Positions 38,602-51,590 of a stretch of DNA of 64,000 nucleotides are shown in pieces. Under the pieces are notes generated by a model. It saw nothing but the letters and a program-made list of their open reading frames with translations. It did no database searches and was not told the origin of the DNA. Positions within the stretch are counted from its first letter, which is position 1. Each line of letters opens with the position of its first letter. A program made the translations under genes and the position numbers. This DNA is from the human T2T-CHM13v2.0 reference genome, Homo sapiens, in the NCBI RefSeq assembly GCF_009914755.1, contig NC_060926.1. One strand, given 5' to 3'.

Positions 38602-39814
38602 ATTTGTTCTTAACACCACGTTTCAGTTAAATTTCATTAATTCTTTTTTTATTGCCTCTTTTTGTAGTTGAGGACATGGATGCTAAATAACTTGCCCAAT
38701 GTCACATGGTTAATAAACAAATTATAAAGCCTCCCTGTGAACTCCAGCGACTTAGTTCTAGGGCCTGGATTTGTAACCACTATTGTCTATTACATCCCCA
38801 TAATCTTTCTAGGCAGGAATCTAGCATAAACAAAAAAAGAAATAGCCCAGTGTAGTAAGTCTCGTTTGAACTGATATATGAAAAAAATGGCAGACATTTA
38901 AATTTTAGGTAATGCTATCACAGCCGGTGTAGTCAAGACTTCTGTCTTTTGTTTTGCAATTTATCAAAAGGCTGACTTTCTCATCTAATCCTATTTCAGT
39001 GGTATGTTCTACATAATTTTTAAGAGATTTTGTTGTATCTAACCTTAAATCAATATCACAGCAGTTTTATGATTTTTTAGTGCCTCTCTCATCATTTCTT
39101 CTAGGCTTTGGCTGGACAAGGGGAATAAAAGCCCTGTGTTTTTCCACAACTATAAGAAATGCAATTATCAGAGCATATCTTGTACTTTCCAAGTATCCCT
39201 AGATTGTACAATATGCCTAACTGTCCTAACACAAGGGGACACTTGCTGCACACTTTATGATTAGAGCTGTTCCATGTTCCTGTAACGATATGTGGAAAGC
39301 AAGGAAAAGAATGCTAGGAGGGAAAAAGGTCTCTCCTTTCTTTGATGTGGAAGTTTTGCAAATCATATAGTGAGACCTCCTAAGAGTTCATCTCACTCTA
39401 GGCACACAGGAGACTGTGGCTGGAGTAGGGAGGAAGAAATGAGAATAACATAGAAATGATTATAAATGGTCACAGCCTGTCTTTGGCTAGAAAAATAAAC
39501 AGGGATTTCTGCCAAAAAAAAAAAAAAAAAAAAAAAAAAAAGACCTGGGCTTGGGAGGAGGCAGCCTGGCCCTCTGTGTGTGGCCTCTGTTTACCCTTCT
39601 GTATAATATTATGACAGGTCCTTTTCAATGATAATGTTCCATGCATCAGTAATAATGAATGAAAAACAAGAAAGCACTTGCAGGGTTTGCCTGTTACCTT
39701 AAACCACTGAACATCATAGAGAAGGCAGCAGATGTGACAGACAAAAAGAGATTCATAGATTAATATAGCTGAAAGCACACTGACAGCCAAAAGCATGTTT
39801 TTTTTCCATTCCAG

Positions 39815-39990
39815 AAAGTTCTACCTGTGAAATCTGAGACTCTGCCTTTTCATCTATAAAATGGGATAAAACTATCTTGCAGGATTTTGTGAGGCTTAGA
39901 TAAAAATCTCCAAGGAGATGGAATTTCCAACAGTATCCATCAAAATACAGGCACTCAGTAAACTTACACGGGCTAAATAGATAAATAGTT
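39815..39990 (+). mobile_element. MIR SINE
   Basis: TTTTCATCTATAAAATGGGATAAAACTATCTTGCAGGATTTTGTGAGG core. Confidence 0.65.
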
Positions 39991-40412
39991 TTCAAGTGAA
40001 AATGTAATTGTGAAGTGCAGTTTAGTTCTCTTTGCCTCTTTAGGGCTTTGTAGAACATGAAAAAAAGAAGTAAGGATCTTTTTATTTTATTTTTTATTTT
40101 AACAAGACCCATGGACTAAAGGTAAAGAGTAATGCAATTTAAAGGACCAATGCAACTAGGTAGGTAAAGTCCTACCTAGACTCAGAAAGTCCAGACACCA
40201 GTTACAGGAAACAAGATAAAATGTATGAGTCTCAGGATAAGACCGAGGGTTTCAACATTATTCACAGAAGGCAAGATGCCATTTTCTACAAACTTAGGGG
40301 CCTTTCTTTGCGTTTAGTCAACTAAACTTGAAGTGAGAGAAGGAACTCAAATAGGAGAAATGGCTACCATTTCTTTGCCGGTGATGGGGGAGAAGTGAAA
40401 GCAGTGGGGCTA

Positions 40413-40786
40413 TGTATTATTCTGTTCTCACCCTGCTATAAGGAACTGTCCGAGACTGGGCAACTTATAAAGGAAAGAGGTTTAATTTACTCACAGTTCC
40501 GCAGGGCTAGGGAGGCCTCAGGAAACTTACAATCATCGTGGAAAGGGAAGCAAACACATCCTTCTTAACATGGCCGCAGAAGAGAGAAATTAGTGCCCGC
40601 AGGGGAAATGCCAGATGCTTATAAAACCATCTGCTCTCGTGAGAACTCACTTACTATCACGAGAACAGCATGGGGAAAACCACCCCCATGATTCAATTAC
40701 CTCCACCTGGTCCCACTCTTGACATGTGCTGATTATTACAATTCAAGGTGATAATCAGAGCGCAGACACACAGCCAAACCACATCA
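40413..40786 (-). mobile_element. THE1 (THE1C/D-like) solo LTR
   Basis: TGTATT...CAAACCACATCA termini with perfect TSD GGCTA (40408-40412 and 40787-40791). Confidence 0.92.
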
Positions 40787-41027
40787 GGCTATATGGAAAA
40801 AAATAAATCAAAGAAGTTTGTCCTCAGACACAGAAGCAACATTTCACGTTCCAAGACATTCTACAATGAAGTGAGAAGCCTGGCACTTCCTTCCTCCACT
40901 TCCAGACTTAATAACTGGTAGAACAATAATATCCGTAAGTAACAAAGAGCCTGGAATGGATGAGTCTGACAAAGCCCATCCATCCTGCCACCTCACAAAC
41001 TATCTATATTTGTTCTTTTTTCTCCAG

Positions 41028-41164
41028 CTTTGGAGACAGAGGATGTGTTCCAGCTCACAGACTTTCAGGAATAATACTGGAAATTGACATCTAATCAGCA
41101 TTTTATGCACTATAATTGTGTAAACTTTTAGGCCTGCTGTACAATAATCCTTCCCTGCTGTGTG
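41028..41164 (+). other. Candidate non-coding exon (137 nt)
   Basis: CTCAC branch-like site and TTTGTTCTTTTTTCTCCAG acceptor; GTG|GTGAGC donor; stops in all three frames. Confidence 0.3.
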
Positions 41165-41228
41165 GTGAGCACTTTGGGGCCCTCTGGATGCTAGATGTGA
41201 TATGAATGGGAAGCATTATTATTATTTA
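41160..41228 (+). mobile_element. Ancient L2-type SINE tail (AmnSINE1/MIR1_Amn-like)
   Basis: GAGCACTTTGGGGCCCTCTGGATG...ATATGAATG...ATTATTATTATT resembles the remembered AAGCGCTTTGGGATCCTTCGGGATG...TATTATTATT tail. Confidence 0.4.
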
Positions 41229-43357
41229 TGCCTTATAATATGTCAACTCTATGTCCTCTGCCACAACAGACACTTATTTCAAATGTGCAGTAACAGCCCC
41301 CAAGTGATGTATTGTCAAAATATTTTTGAAATGAAAAAGCAAAATTAACCATAAACTGCCCCCTTGTCTCCATGAAAATGGCACTGTAACACTACCAAGG
41401 AAAAGCAATGTTAAATAATAAAAGCTACAACAAAATAAAAGTCAAAAAAAATTGGAAGAGCTCTGTGTTTGGAAGAAGTATGCTTTGGTAAATCACAACA
41501 ATGACAATTTCGCTTTCCAATTAAAGTGTAATAGTGAAAGAGCAAACCATCACCCCAGGGTATCCTCAAGAACAGCTCATTGAATTCTGGCTTACTTAAA
41601 AAGAAGTTTTCAGTGGAGCTGTTTTTCTTGCAAAAGATTTTAGAAAAAAACACAGCCTTTTTTTTTTTTTTTGGATTTACATTACGCGAACCCTGATATT
41701 ATCAGATATCATCTAATGACTCATCAATTCATACAGACCTTTAAGGTTGGAAAGCACATATTTAAATATATAGTAGACAGCAAGTAACAAATGATAGGAA
41801 CTACATTTTAGTGGGTAAAATCCTTCTGCACCATCAAAGACTTTCTAAGAGCTATGGGTTTATTACTCAGGTGATTCAGTTTCCATTTTGGGACAGGTCA
41901 TATTAATTTTCAGGATCTTTTCCCAGAATGTTATTTAATTAGTGTGACTAAATATCTGAATCAGGATGCTACGGTATTTTTAAAAAGGAAGATGTCGATT
42001 TAAATGTGATAGATACTTAACAGTTTGATAAACTTTTAACAGACTGTAACCTTGATGCTTTCCCTGGGGTAGGGAGGCATCCAAGGGGCCCTGGTGAACT
42101 GAAAAAGTTAATGCACTTCTCTAAACATTTTGAGTCTGGCAGAATCTGGAACTATAAAATAACATTTCTTCATTAACATACAAGTCACAATGCTATTCCC
42201 ATAAAGCACCTCTAGCATATAAGGCTGGACGTTTTTCAGACCATCATTTATAGGGCGGGTTTATTTTTCTTAGTCTTGACATTAATGAGCTATGTATTCA
42301 GGGAAATAGAAGATTTCAATGCCTGTCAAATTACCTTTCAAATTACCAAAGCTTGCTTTTCTCCTACTCAAAGAGCAAGCAGGGACTTCTTTTAGAATGG
42401 GGGACCAATGGAATATTCAGTAAAAAGGGTCATGAAAATAAATGTGAAGGCAGTAATGGATCCATTCCAACCATGACTTCATGACAAAATGCTGTGACTT
42501 CAGCATTTCATTACTTGCCATGTTCTCATCCTTTGTATTATTATCACACCTCCCCTCTCTCCCACGTTATTACATCTTTTTGGGAAAAGAAGATATGTGA
42601 AAATTTCTGTAGTTGTATGATACCTTGTTCTAAAATTTAGACTGCTGATTTGATATGAAACACATAATGTTTTTATAGATCAAGGCTGCCAGTTATTTGT
42701 AACCATTCTGTTACAAAAATCTTTCCTGAGCAATCTTGGTATATCATCTTCTGCCACATCCTTAGCAATTAACTGAAGCTAACTGTTTCACTAACATTTC
42801 CTTTTCCATTTATGTAGAATGGGCTGAATGTGTTAATGCAATATAACAAGAGAAATAGGCACAGAAAAATCCTCTTTCATATCGATCTCAGAATCCTGTC
42901 TGTGTCTCATTTGGGATGAAGAGAAAAAATAATCAAGAAAATATGTGTTGGCAGGGTTAAGAATACAAAGGAAATATTACTGGAAAATATTTAATAGGTA
43001 AATATAGATGAGGGAATAGGCACAAGGTTAGGTAACAAGCAGATTGAATTTCAAATTTCCTAATGACTCTCCCTGTTTTGCAAATCCTTCCAAAACATTA
43101 CCTCATCTGTGCTTTCATCATCCCTAGGGTATAGGGTTCGATTACTCATCCTATCCCTTTGCACAATGGAGAAATTTACATGTATTCAGCCCTAGCCGTC
43201 CTTCTAGTCATTCTCTCAGTTTAGTACTTACTTGTTTTCTTATTTGGGTTTTGGCCTGTTCTCCATAAGTTTGAAAGCTGTTTGAGGACAGGGATATGTT
43301 TATTCTGTACTTTTCTGGTATCCTCGCTTGGAAATTTAGTACTTAAGAGCTAGGTCG

Positions 43358-43663
43358 GGCTGGGCGCGGTGGCTCACGCCTGTAATCCTAGCACTTTGGG
43401 AGGCCGAGGTGGGTGGATCACAAGGTCAGGAGTTCAAGACCAGCCTGCCCAAGATGGTGAAACCCCGTCTCTACTAAAAATACAAAAATTAGCTAGGCAT
43501 AGTGGCGGGTGCCTGTAATCCCAGCCACTCGGGAGCCTGAGGCAGAGAATTGCTTGAACCCGGGAGGCTGAGGTTGCAGTGAACCGAGATGCTGCCATTG
43601 CACTCCAGCCTGTAAGAAGGAGCAAGATTCCGTCTCAAAAAAAAAAAAAAAAAAAAAAAAAAA
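43358..43663 (+). mobile_element. Alu (AluSg-type)
   Basis: full dimer with long poly(A). Confidence 0.95.
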
Positions 43664-43666
43664 GGA

Positions 43667-44012
<346 letters not shown>

Positions 44013-45860
44013 TCATTAGCTATTATAAGGTGGTTTCAGAGGAGCATGTAGTGCACTATTGAAGCTCAGGTTTATCTTAATAGGTGTATTTGTATACATT
44101 CATTAAGTATACGCAGACTAGGCACTCCTCATTTTACACTCAAAACTCAAGTAGCTGTAGGACTAAATTACTTATGATTTTGATTTATAAACAGCAGAAG
44201 AACAATGGGTAATCCATATTAAAAATGATTGTGTATCATCTCCTAAAGAAAGCATTTTGAATACGTGTTTATCCTGTTCTTAAATGGTTTTACTCTTTGT
44301 TATATTCATTCTAATTAAACTGTTCTAGTGCAAAAATGCTAAAGCAATTTCTGTAGTTTCATTTTTTATTCTAAAATTCTTAACTGTATACTGAAAGTGA
44401 GCTTATGAAACATTCTTGATATGAAAACTCACAAGTTTTCAAACATAATTCTTTATCTTTAAACACAATACCTACCTGAAATTTTGCCAAACAGGCTTAT
44501 CCTCAGAGTATGCTTTAGTAGGTTAATACTCTGAAGAATTAAATGTAATTCACATATTAACTACTGGTAGAAATCCATGTGCAATCATATTGTTTACTTG
44601 ATAATTCCATATACATCTTTAAAATCAAAATGCTCTGTTTCACTTCTCAGGAGCAGTTCTGACACATTTTATACTTTTTGCAGATTCAGGATTAGCCAGG
44701 TAGAGCTAGCCTGTGTTGGCTTCCCAGTTAAAAATCAATAAATTTTAAACATAAATAAAAAGAAATTCTCTCTTTAAAAAGTATTTTGAATTTCTATATG
44801 TGTGTGTATGTGTGTATAATTACAGTAGTAAAAATTTTATTAAATCTCTACCAAAATCTCTCCTGACACATTCCTTTCTCTTTCTACTTTTGAGTAACTA
44901 TAATAATCCTTCTCAATTTTTCTAGAAAAAGAAACATGCATTCAAACTGATCTCAGAAAAGAATTTTTCTCATGCCAAGTCAAACAAGTTAGCAATGGTA
45001 AAATATATTTCATTAAAATTTTAATCTAGTCATTAGGTAGGGAAGGTTAAATAACTTAAGCCTTTTCTTAACTATTAATAGATAATGTCAACTCTTGCCT
45101 AGCAGCTTCAACAAGCTTTTGCAAAGTGTTGAATTCCAGTAAGCACTTTCAGAAGGGGTAAGATGTATACATGATCATCTACTTAGGTCATAATACTGCA
45201 CAAATAGTGCTAATGTGAAATATCAGCTGGGATTTTTAGTACAGGTTGTTTTTATAGTTTAAGGATCAAGTTGCTTAGAGAGTGTTCACTTCTCTAAGAC
45301 ATACGGAAAATATCTATGAAACTTTACTATGTGAATGTGTACTACCTGGGCACACTATATATAGCTAGTATAGCAGGATGGAAACTTCGTTTGGTTGGAA
45401 AATGCGTAGACACAAATGACAAAATCAAGTGTAAGCAAAGACAGTAAGCATATTGGAAATTATCTTGGACAAAGAGAATTTTGCATTTCTTTTGAATATC
45501 TCCTATGGAATATATCATATAGTTACTAAATGCTTCCCGTTGAGAAATAGTGAAGAAGTATTTTTCTAAGAAATAAATTATTAGAGACTCAAATATTAAC
45601 CCTTATTAGCCATACTTACAAGAGACAAGGATGTTAGTTAAAGCCAGGAGAATTCTTTAGTGCTGTCTTTCTAGACGTTAGAATTTCTCAAATGTATTCA
45701 GTAATTAAAAACATTTTGAAAAATTTTTAAAAATGTAATATACAATCATTTTAACACATATTTTGCTAAATCATCTATTCAGGAGTCCTCTAGTTTCTTT
45801 ATGACCCTATACAGAAGATAATTCAAAACCATGGCTACAACATATATGTCAATGGTAATA

Positions 45861-46156
<296 letters not shown>

Positions 46157-46816
46157 ACAGGCAATTTTTTAAAACCTGATAAATATTTATTCCTTATTGT
46201 TCCAGTCCTGGATATTAACTTCTAGAATTTAAAAAAGGTGATACCTTAGTACTTTCTGATTTAAAAATTTTATTAGCTCTTGTACTTAATGATTAGATAC
46301 ATAGAATGACAGATCTTCTAATACAATTAACTCTGTAAATCAAGAATCTTTTCTTCCCCAAAATAATATAAAAAGATATAAATAATTTACAAAAGCAGGG
46401 GATTACATTTAGCACCAATTCAAAGTTCTTGTGAAAACAATTAAAGAATGTGTGCAAAATTTCAAAACTGGGATACAAATCTGAAATTTTATAGAATCAT
46501 TGTCAAACAACTGCAGATGCAAGAATAGTATGTTTGATTTATTTCTTCATACTTTGGAACAGAATCAAGTTTGTATAAAAAAATCAAATTCTCAATTTTT
46601 ACAAAAAGAGATGTTTTGTATTTAGTTATACTCCATAATTTCCTTTCACTCTTTCTATGAAATCTGTGATGAGTAGTCACTGAAATATCAAGACACAACA
46701 ATGTTAGACTTTCATTCAGTGGCCTGTAAATTTACTGGTTGCCAGAATATCTTATATAGTAGGTAAAAATAGAGCTTCTAGGAAGACTGAATTCTATCCT
46801 TAGTTAATGCTGAGGT

Positions 46817-46998
46817 TCAGGCTACATATATTCCCAATTGTTGCTGAAATTAAGTAGTACTACATCATTCTGTCACCTGCCAAGGGAGTATGTGTCCTTC
46901 CTTCCTCACTGATACCCAGGGAAGAAACAAGAATGCACTGAAGATAGTGATTTGCAGCAGGTGCTGAGGCTCCCTTGATATATGTACATATACATGTC
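46817..46998 (+). repeat. Local duplication, probable donor copy (~180 bp)
   Basis: aligns with 47892-48071, roughly 80% by eye (e.g. CTCACTGATACC.AGGGAAGAAACAAG). Confidence 0.9.
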
Positions 46999-47784
46999 TG
47001 ACTCCATAATATACTGGAACCCATAAGAAAGGCATAAATTACTACCAAGTGTTTCTCTCATTCTTCCTGGAGAGAAAGTCCTACTACTTTACCTTGCTTA
47101 GTAAATCTAGGTGCTGCTCTTTCCTAAATGAAATTTTGATTAAGAATTATTATATCTGAAACTCCTTTAACCTCCATCACTTCCCTTTTTCAATGCCATT
47201 TGCAAATATGTGCTGTAAGATATAAAGAAACACTGATAAGATTACAGTTCCCCTGGTACTGTCCAACTAAAAAGGAACCCAAGAACATTTAAGAGCCTGG
47301 TGTCATTTTTTTTTTCTGGGAAAATACATCCCATTTTTTCTCCTGTAAATGCTTTCAACCTGGTGACCTATGACAGCTTTGCAGTGAAAATCTTGAACTG
47401 GTTTTTACTTACTTTGAATAAAAGGTTAATACAAGGCTTCATGGAGGTTTAATCAGCACCACATTCAAAAATGAGGGAAGCAAAGGCAAAGCTAATGAAT
47501 TGACCTTTTAAAGAGCAATTCAATGGGATAATTGCCATAGCACAATTCACTTCGGGGCCGAATATGTGTATATGGCTGGTCTTCCTTGGATCCAATCCAA
47601 GGACATTTAAGTATGTAAGTACCAAAATCATGGTGGGTTGGATGAGGTGGACAACTACATCACATACAACCTAGTGGACCTCAAATACATTTTTCATAAA
47701 AGTAAAGCTGTGCTTTCACGCATAATTTTAACCTAATCAACCAGTTCATGTATGCCACCAAGAAAAATTAAAACATTATTAACA

Positions 47785-48175
47785 TTATCTGCCATCTGTG
47801 CTAAACACTTTATATTTGTTATTTTGTACAATTTTCGTAGCACCCCAGGCATTAGGTGTTTTTATTCCTATTTTACAGATGAAGTTGGATGTCTGTCTAG
47901 ATACATTGCCAGTTCTTCCTGAAATCAAGTAGTTATTCATCCTTCTGTTCTTCCAAGGAATTGTGTGTCCTACCTTTCTCACTGATACCTAGGGAAGAAA
48001 CAAGGATACACTGAGAACAGTGATTTGTAGTAGGTGCTGAGGCTGGCTTAATATAGGTACATATGCATGTCAGAGGGGTTTAAATAATATGCCTGATAGT
48101 CCACGGTGGATGACATTAGGAACTGAGACTGAACTTTATCTAACAAGACCTTAGACCGTGACTACTCACCTACTC
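47785..48175 (-). mobile_element. MIR split by the duplicated segment
   Basis: CCTATTTTACAGATGAAG on the left and AGAGGGGTTTAAATAATATGCC on the right rejoin into antisense MIR core. Confidence 0.7.
47892..48071 (+). repeat. Local duplication, inserted copy (~180 bp)
   Basis: aligns with 46817-46998; ATGTC at both junctions. Confidence 0.9.
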
Positions 48176-48498
48176 TTAACAAAAAGGACAGGTTTTTGCC
48201 CTGAGTGTTTTTCTAAAACATCTTACATGTAGAAGTACCCCCAAGGTTAAACTCAAGATAATAAAAAGGTTTCCCCTTGGTCTTATGCCCTACTTTTCCT
48301 ACCTTTATATTTATGAGAAACATTACAATATATGTGCTATCTTATAGGAGAAAGCTAACAGTTTCCTTTAAAGGGGGGAAGATTGGGCTTTTTTCTTTAA
48401 ATCAATTATGGCTGTGGCTAAAGAATTAAAGTTTGAGTGCAGAGAATCAGGTTTTAGTCCCATTTCTGCAACTAGCTTTGTCACCAGAGTAATTCTTT

Positions 48499-48790
48499 TT
48501 TTTTTTGGAGACGAAGTCTGGCTCTTTTGCCCAGGCTGGAGTGCAATGGTCCGATCTCGGCTCGCTGCAACCTTTGCCTCCAGGATTCAAGCGATGCTCC
48601 TGCCTCAGCCTCCTGAGTAGCTGATATTACAGGTGCACACCACCACTCTTGACTACTTCTTGAATTTTTTTTAGTAGAGATGGGGTTTCATCACGTTGGC
48701 CAGGTTGGTCTCGAACTCCTGACCTCATGATCTGCCCACCTCAGCCTCCCAGAATGCTGGGATTACAGGCGTGAGCTACTGTGCCCAGAC
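48499..48790 (-). mobile_element. Alu (AluSg-like) inside a MIR-like relic
   Basis: perfect 16-bp TSD ACCAGAGTAATTCTTT at 48483-48498 and 48791-48806. Confidence 0.95.
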
Positions 48791-50723
48791 ACCAGAGTAA
48801 TTCTTTAGGTTACTCACCTATAAAGTGAAGGTTCTGGGCTAGCTGATGAATGAGATTCACAGTAGTTTTCAGATGGTGTGATTTCAGTACTGTTCACTCA
48901 GCCTATATATCTACAAACACTGCACTAGATACTGTGAAGAGATACGCAATAGCTGACAAGACACAGGTTAAATTCTGAATGGGTTTATAATTTGGCAAAT
49001 TGGGGGTCGGCAGTGAGTGAGGTAGAGAGTGGAGGTGCAGCAACAAAAAATGTTCTTTTATGAAAGATAATCTTTACTAACCCACTACACCTGCGATGTT
49101 CCTTTTAACTGCATATTCCTACAATACATATATACAACTCTATCCAACCACGGCTTTACAATCAGTCCCAGGAGATGATTTGTAAACAGGATTTGGGGAA
49201 CAGTAGCAAATATGAGTAGGTAGAGAAATGAAATTTTAAAGTAAGAAGACTGGCTTATACGGCGACAAGGAGTTAGAGATGAGGAGTCAGACATGTTGAA
49301 ATGAATGGAACTTATATTTAGATAGGCACATAAATGACATGTGCAATGTCATATGAAACAAAGCTGCTATAGGTCATGGAAGCCACAATCTTCAGGAAAG
49401 TAGCTAAAGAAATTGAGGTGGCAGTGGGAAGAGTAAATCAGGACCAGAGCGTATGTAAGAAAAATATGACAATGTCAAGTAGCAGAAAATTTGAAAATGC
49501 TTTGGGGTATCTACATTTTAAAACACATTTCTGGAAGTAATATTAGTTTCTTAAGCATCTATAGTGCCAGGAATGTTGCATGCATCATCTGTCATAATTT
49601 TTACAATCATCTTGCAAACTCAGATATACTTTCCTATTTTATGCATGCTTAAGCAGGTTAAGTGGCTTGATAAAGGTCTCTAGCTAGTAAATGAGAAAGC
49701 CAGGAAGAGATCACAAGTGTGCCCTGCAGCTAGTACCACGTCAAGTCTTACTCCCCAATTAATTTTGCAAATATGAAAAGTAATGACTTTAGCCTATGTG
49801 GCCCAACTTCAGGCCAGTCCCAACTGGGAAGATTTTATAATAACTTCTTAGAAACTGCTACTGGCTCTTTCTCACTGGCTTAGTAGTGGATATTAATCTC
49901 TTTATTTTCCATATACAGGCATATGGCTTGCAGACATGGCATACTGTGTGCATAAAAAACTTCCTTAGAAAATACATCATCCAAGAAGCAGGAATTGCTG
50001 ATTATTTCATTACTGCAGCAAACTCATGTTTCTACCATCCCAAGTCCGGACTCTGTCTACAAGAGTAGAAAAAATCCACTAGATTTTTAATTCAACATCT
50101 ATTCAAGTTTTGAGGCACATGCTATCTGAAACACCGTAATTTTTGAGTTTGAAACAGAGAATTTTTCTTTAGCAACTTTGGCCCTGAAATGTCCTCCAAT
50201 CTCAATGTCAGGAGGTTTGCTACAATGGTCTGGAGAGTGTAGTTTTTCATAAAAATATGTTCTATTTTTCAACACCAAATGAATATCTCTTTCCTGCATA
50301 TTGCTCAAAATAGCCATTTCCTTCACATGGTTATGTTTTATTACTCATGTCATCAGATCTGGCAATGTGAGATTTATTTAGGGGGAACATTTCATCAATT
50401 ACAAAACATAAAGCATGTGCTGTCTCTCAACGAGTTCAGTTACATCTTAAATAAGTTCTGAGCTGTTGGGAGAATTACAAAGAACACACTTTTCCTGAAA
50501 ACCATTAAAATTGCATACTCATAGAATTTTAAAAAAATTCTATGCCTGAAGTTTTAATATTTTTATCCCAGGGAAGTGGATTTTTTCACTTCCTTTTTAG
50601 ATTATGGCCCTGAGAATATATCACCCGAAAATGAAGCATGAAAAATAAGACAACTTGAGAGCAACTCACAGAAATTAGCTGATTTCATGATATTTATGTG
50701 CTACTCACTTGCATTGTTTAAGT

Positions 50724-51037
50724 CTTTTCTTTTCTTTTTTTTTTTTTTTTTTTTGAGACGGAGTCTCGTTCTGTCACCCAGGCTGGAGTGCCAGTGGCGT
50801 GATCTTGATTCACTGAAACCTCCGGCTCCCAGGTTCAAGCGATTCTCCTGCTTCAGCCTCCCAAGTAGCTGAGACTACAGGTGTGTGTCACCACACCCAG
50901 CTAATTTTTTTGCATTTTTAGTAGAGACGGGGTTTCACCATGTTAGTCAGGATGGTCTCGATCTCCTGACCTCATGATCCACCCAACTCGGGTTCCCAAA
51001 GTGTTGGGATTACAGGCGTGAGCCACTGCACCTGGCC
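50724..51037 (-). mobile_element. Alu (AluSc-like)
   Basis: poly-T head and antisense dimer. Confidence 0.95.
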
Positions 51038-51107
51038 CTGTTTACTTTTTTCATTGACTCTCCCTGCCTTAAGAGTAAAGCTCAAGTTTCTACCCTGTCC
51101 TGATTTA

Positions 51108-51314
51108 TTTCCTTCTTTCCTTCCTTCCTTCCTTCCTCCCTCGCTCCCTCCCTTCCTTCCTTCTCCTTCCTTTTCTCTTTTCCCTTTCCTTCCTTTGTTC
51201 GTTCCCTTCCTTCCTTCGTTGCTTCCTTCCTTCCTTCCTCCCTCCCTCCCTTCCTTCCTTCCTCCCTCCCTCCCTCTCTCCCTTCCTCCGTTCTTTCCTT
51301 TGCTCCTTCTCTCC
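51108..51314. repeat. (TTCC)/(TCCC)n polypyrimidine tract, expanded Alu tail
   Basis: about 200 nt almost purely C/T abutting the AluJ tail. Confidence 0.9.
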
Positions 51315-51590
51315 TTTTTTGAGACAGTGTCTCACTTTGTCTCCAAGGCTGGAGTGCAGTGGCACTCTCATGACTCACTGGAGACTTGACCTCCGTGGCT
51401 CAAGCAATCCTCCCAACTCAGCTCCTGAGTAGCTGGGACTACAGGTGCATGCCACCATGTCCTCCTAATTTTTATATTTTTTGTAGAGACAGGGTTTCCC
51501 AGCTTGGCCTTGAACTCCTGGGCTCAAGTTATCCTCCCGCCTTGGCCTCTCAAAGAGTGGGAATATAGATGGGAGCCATGGCAACTGCCT
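51315..51590 (-). mobile_element. Alu (AluJ)
   Basis: GCTCAAGCAATCCTCCCA and GAACTCCTGGGCTCAAG J-type diagnostics. Confidence 0.9.

Noticed and set aside
47583-47603. 9-bp hairpin TCCTTGGAT-cca-ATCCAAGGA (also short stems near 42676-42697 and 54674-54691)
   Set aside because: A few stems of this size are expected by chance in 64 kb; too short for a pre-miRNA.
51018-51389. Pro/Ser/Leu-rich and Glu/Gly/Arg/Lys-rich ORFs
   Set aside because: Translations of the TTCC/TCCC simple repeat.
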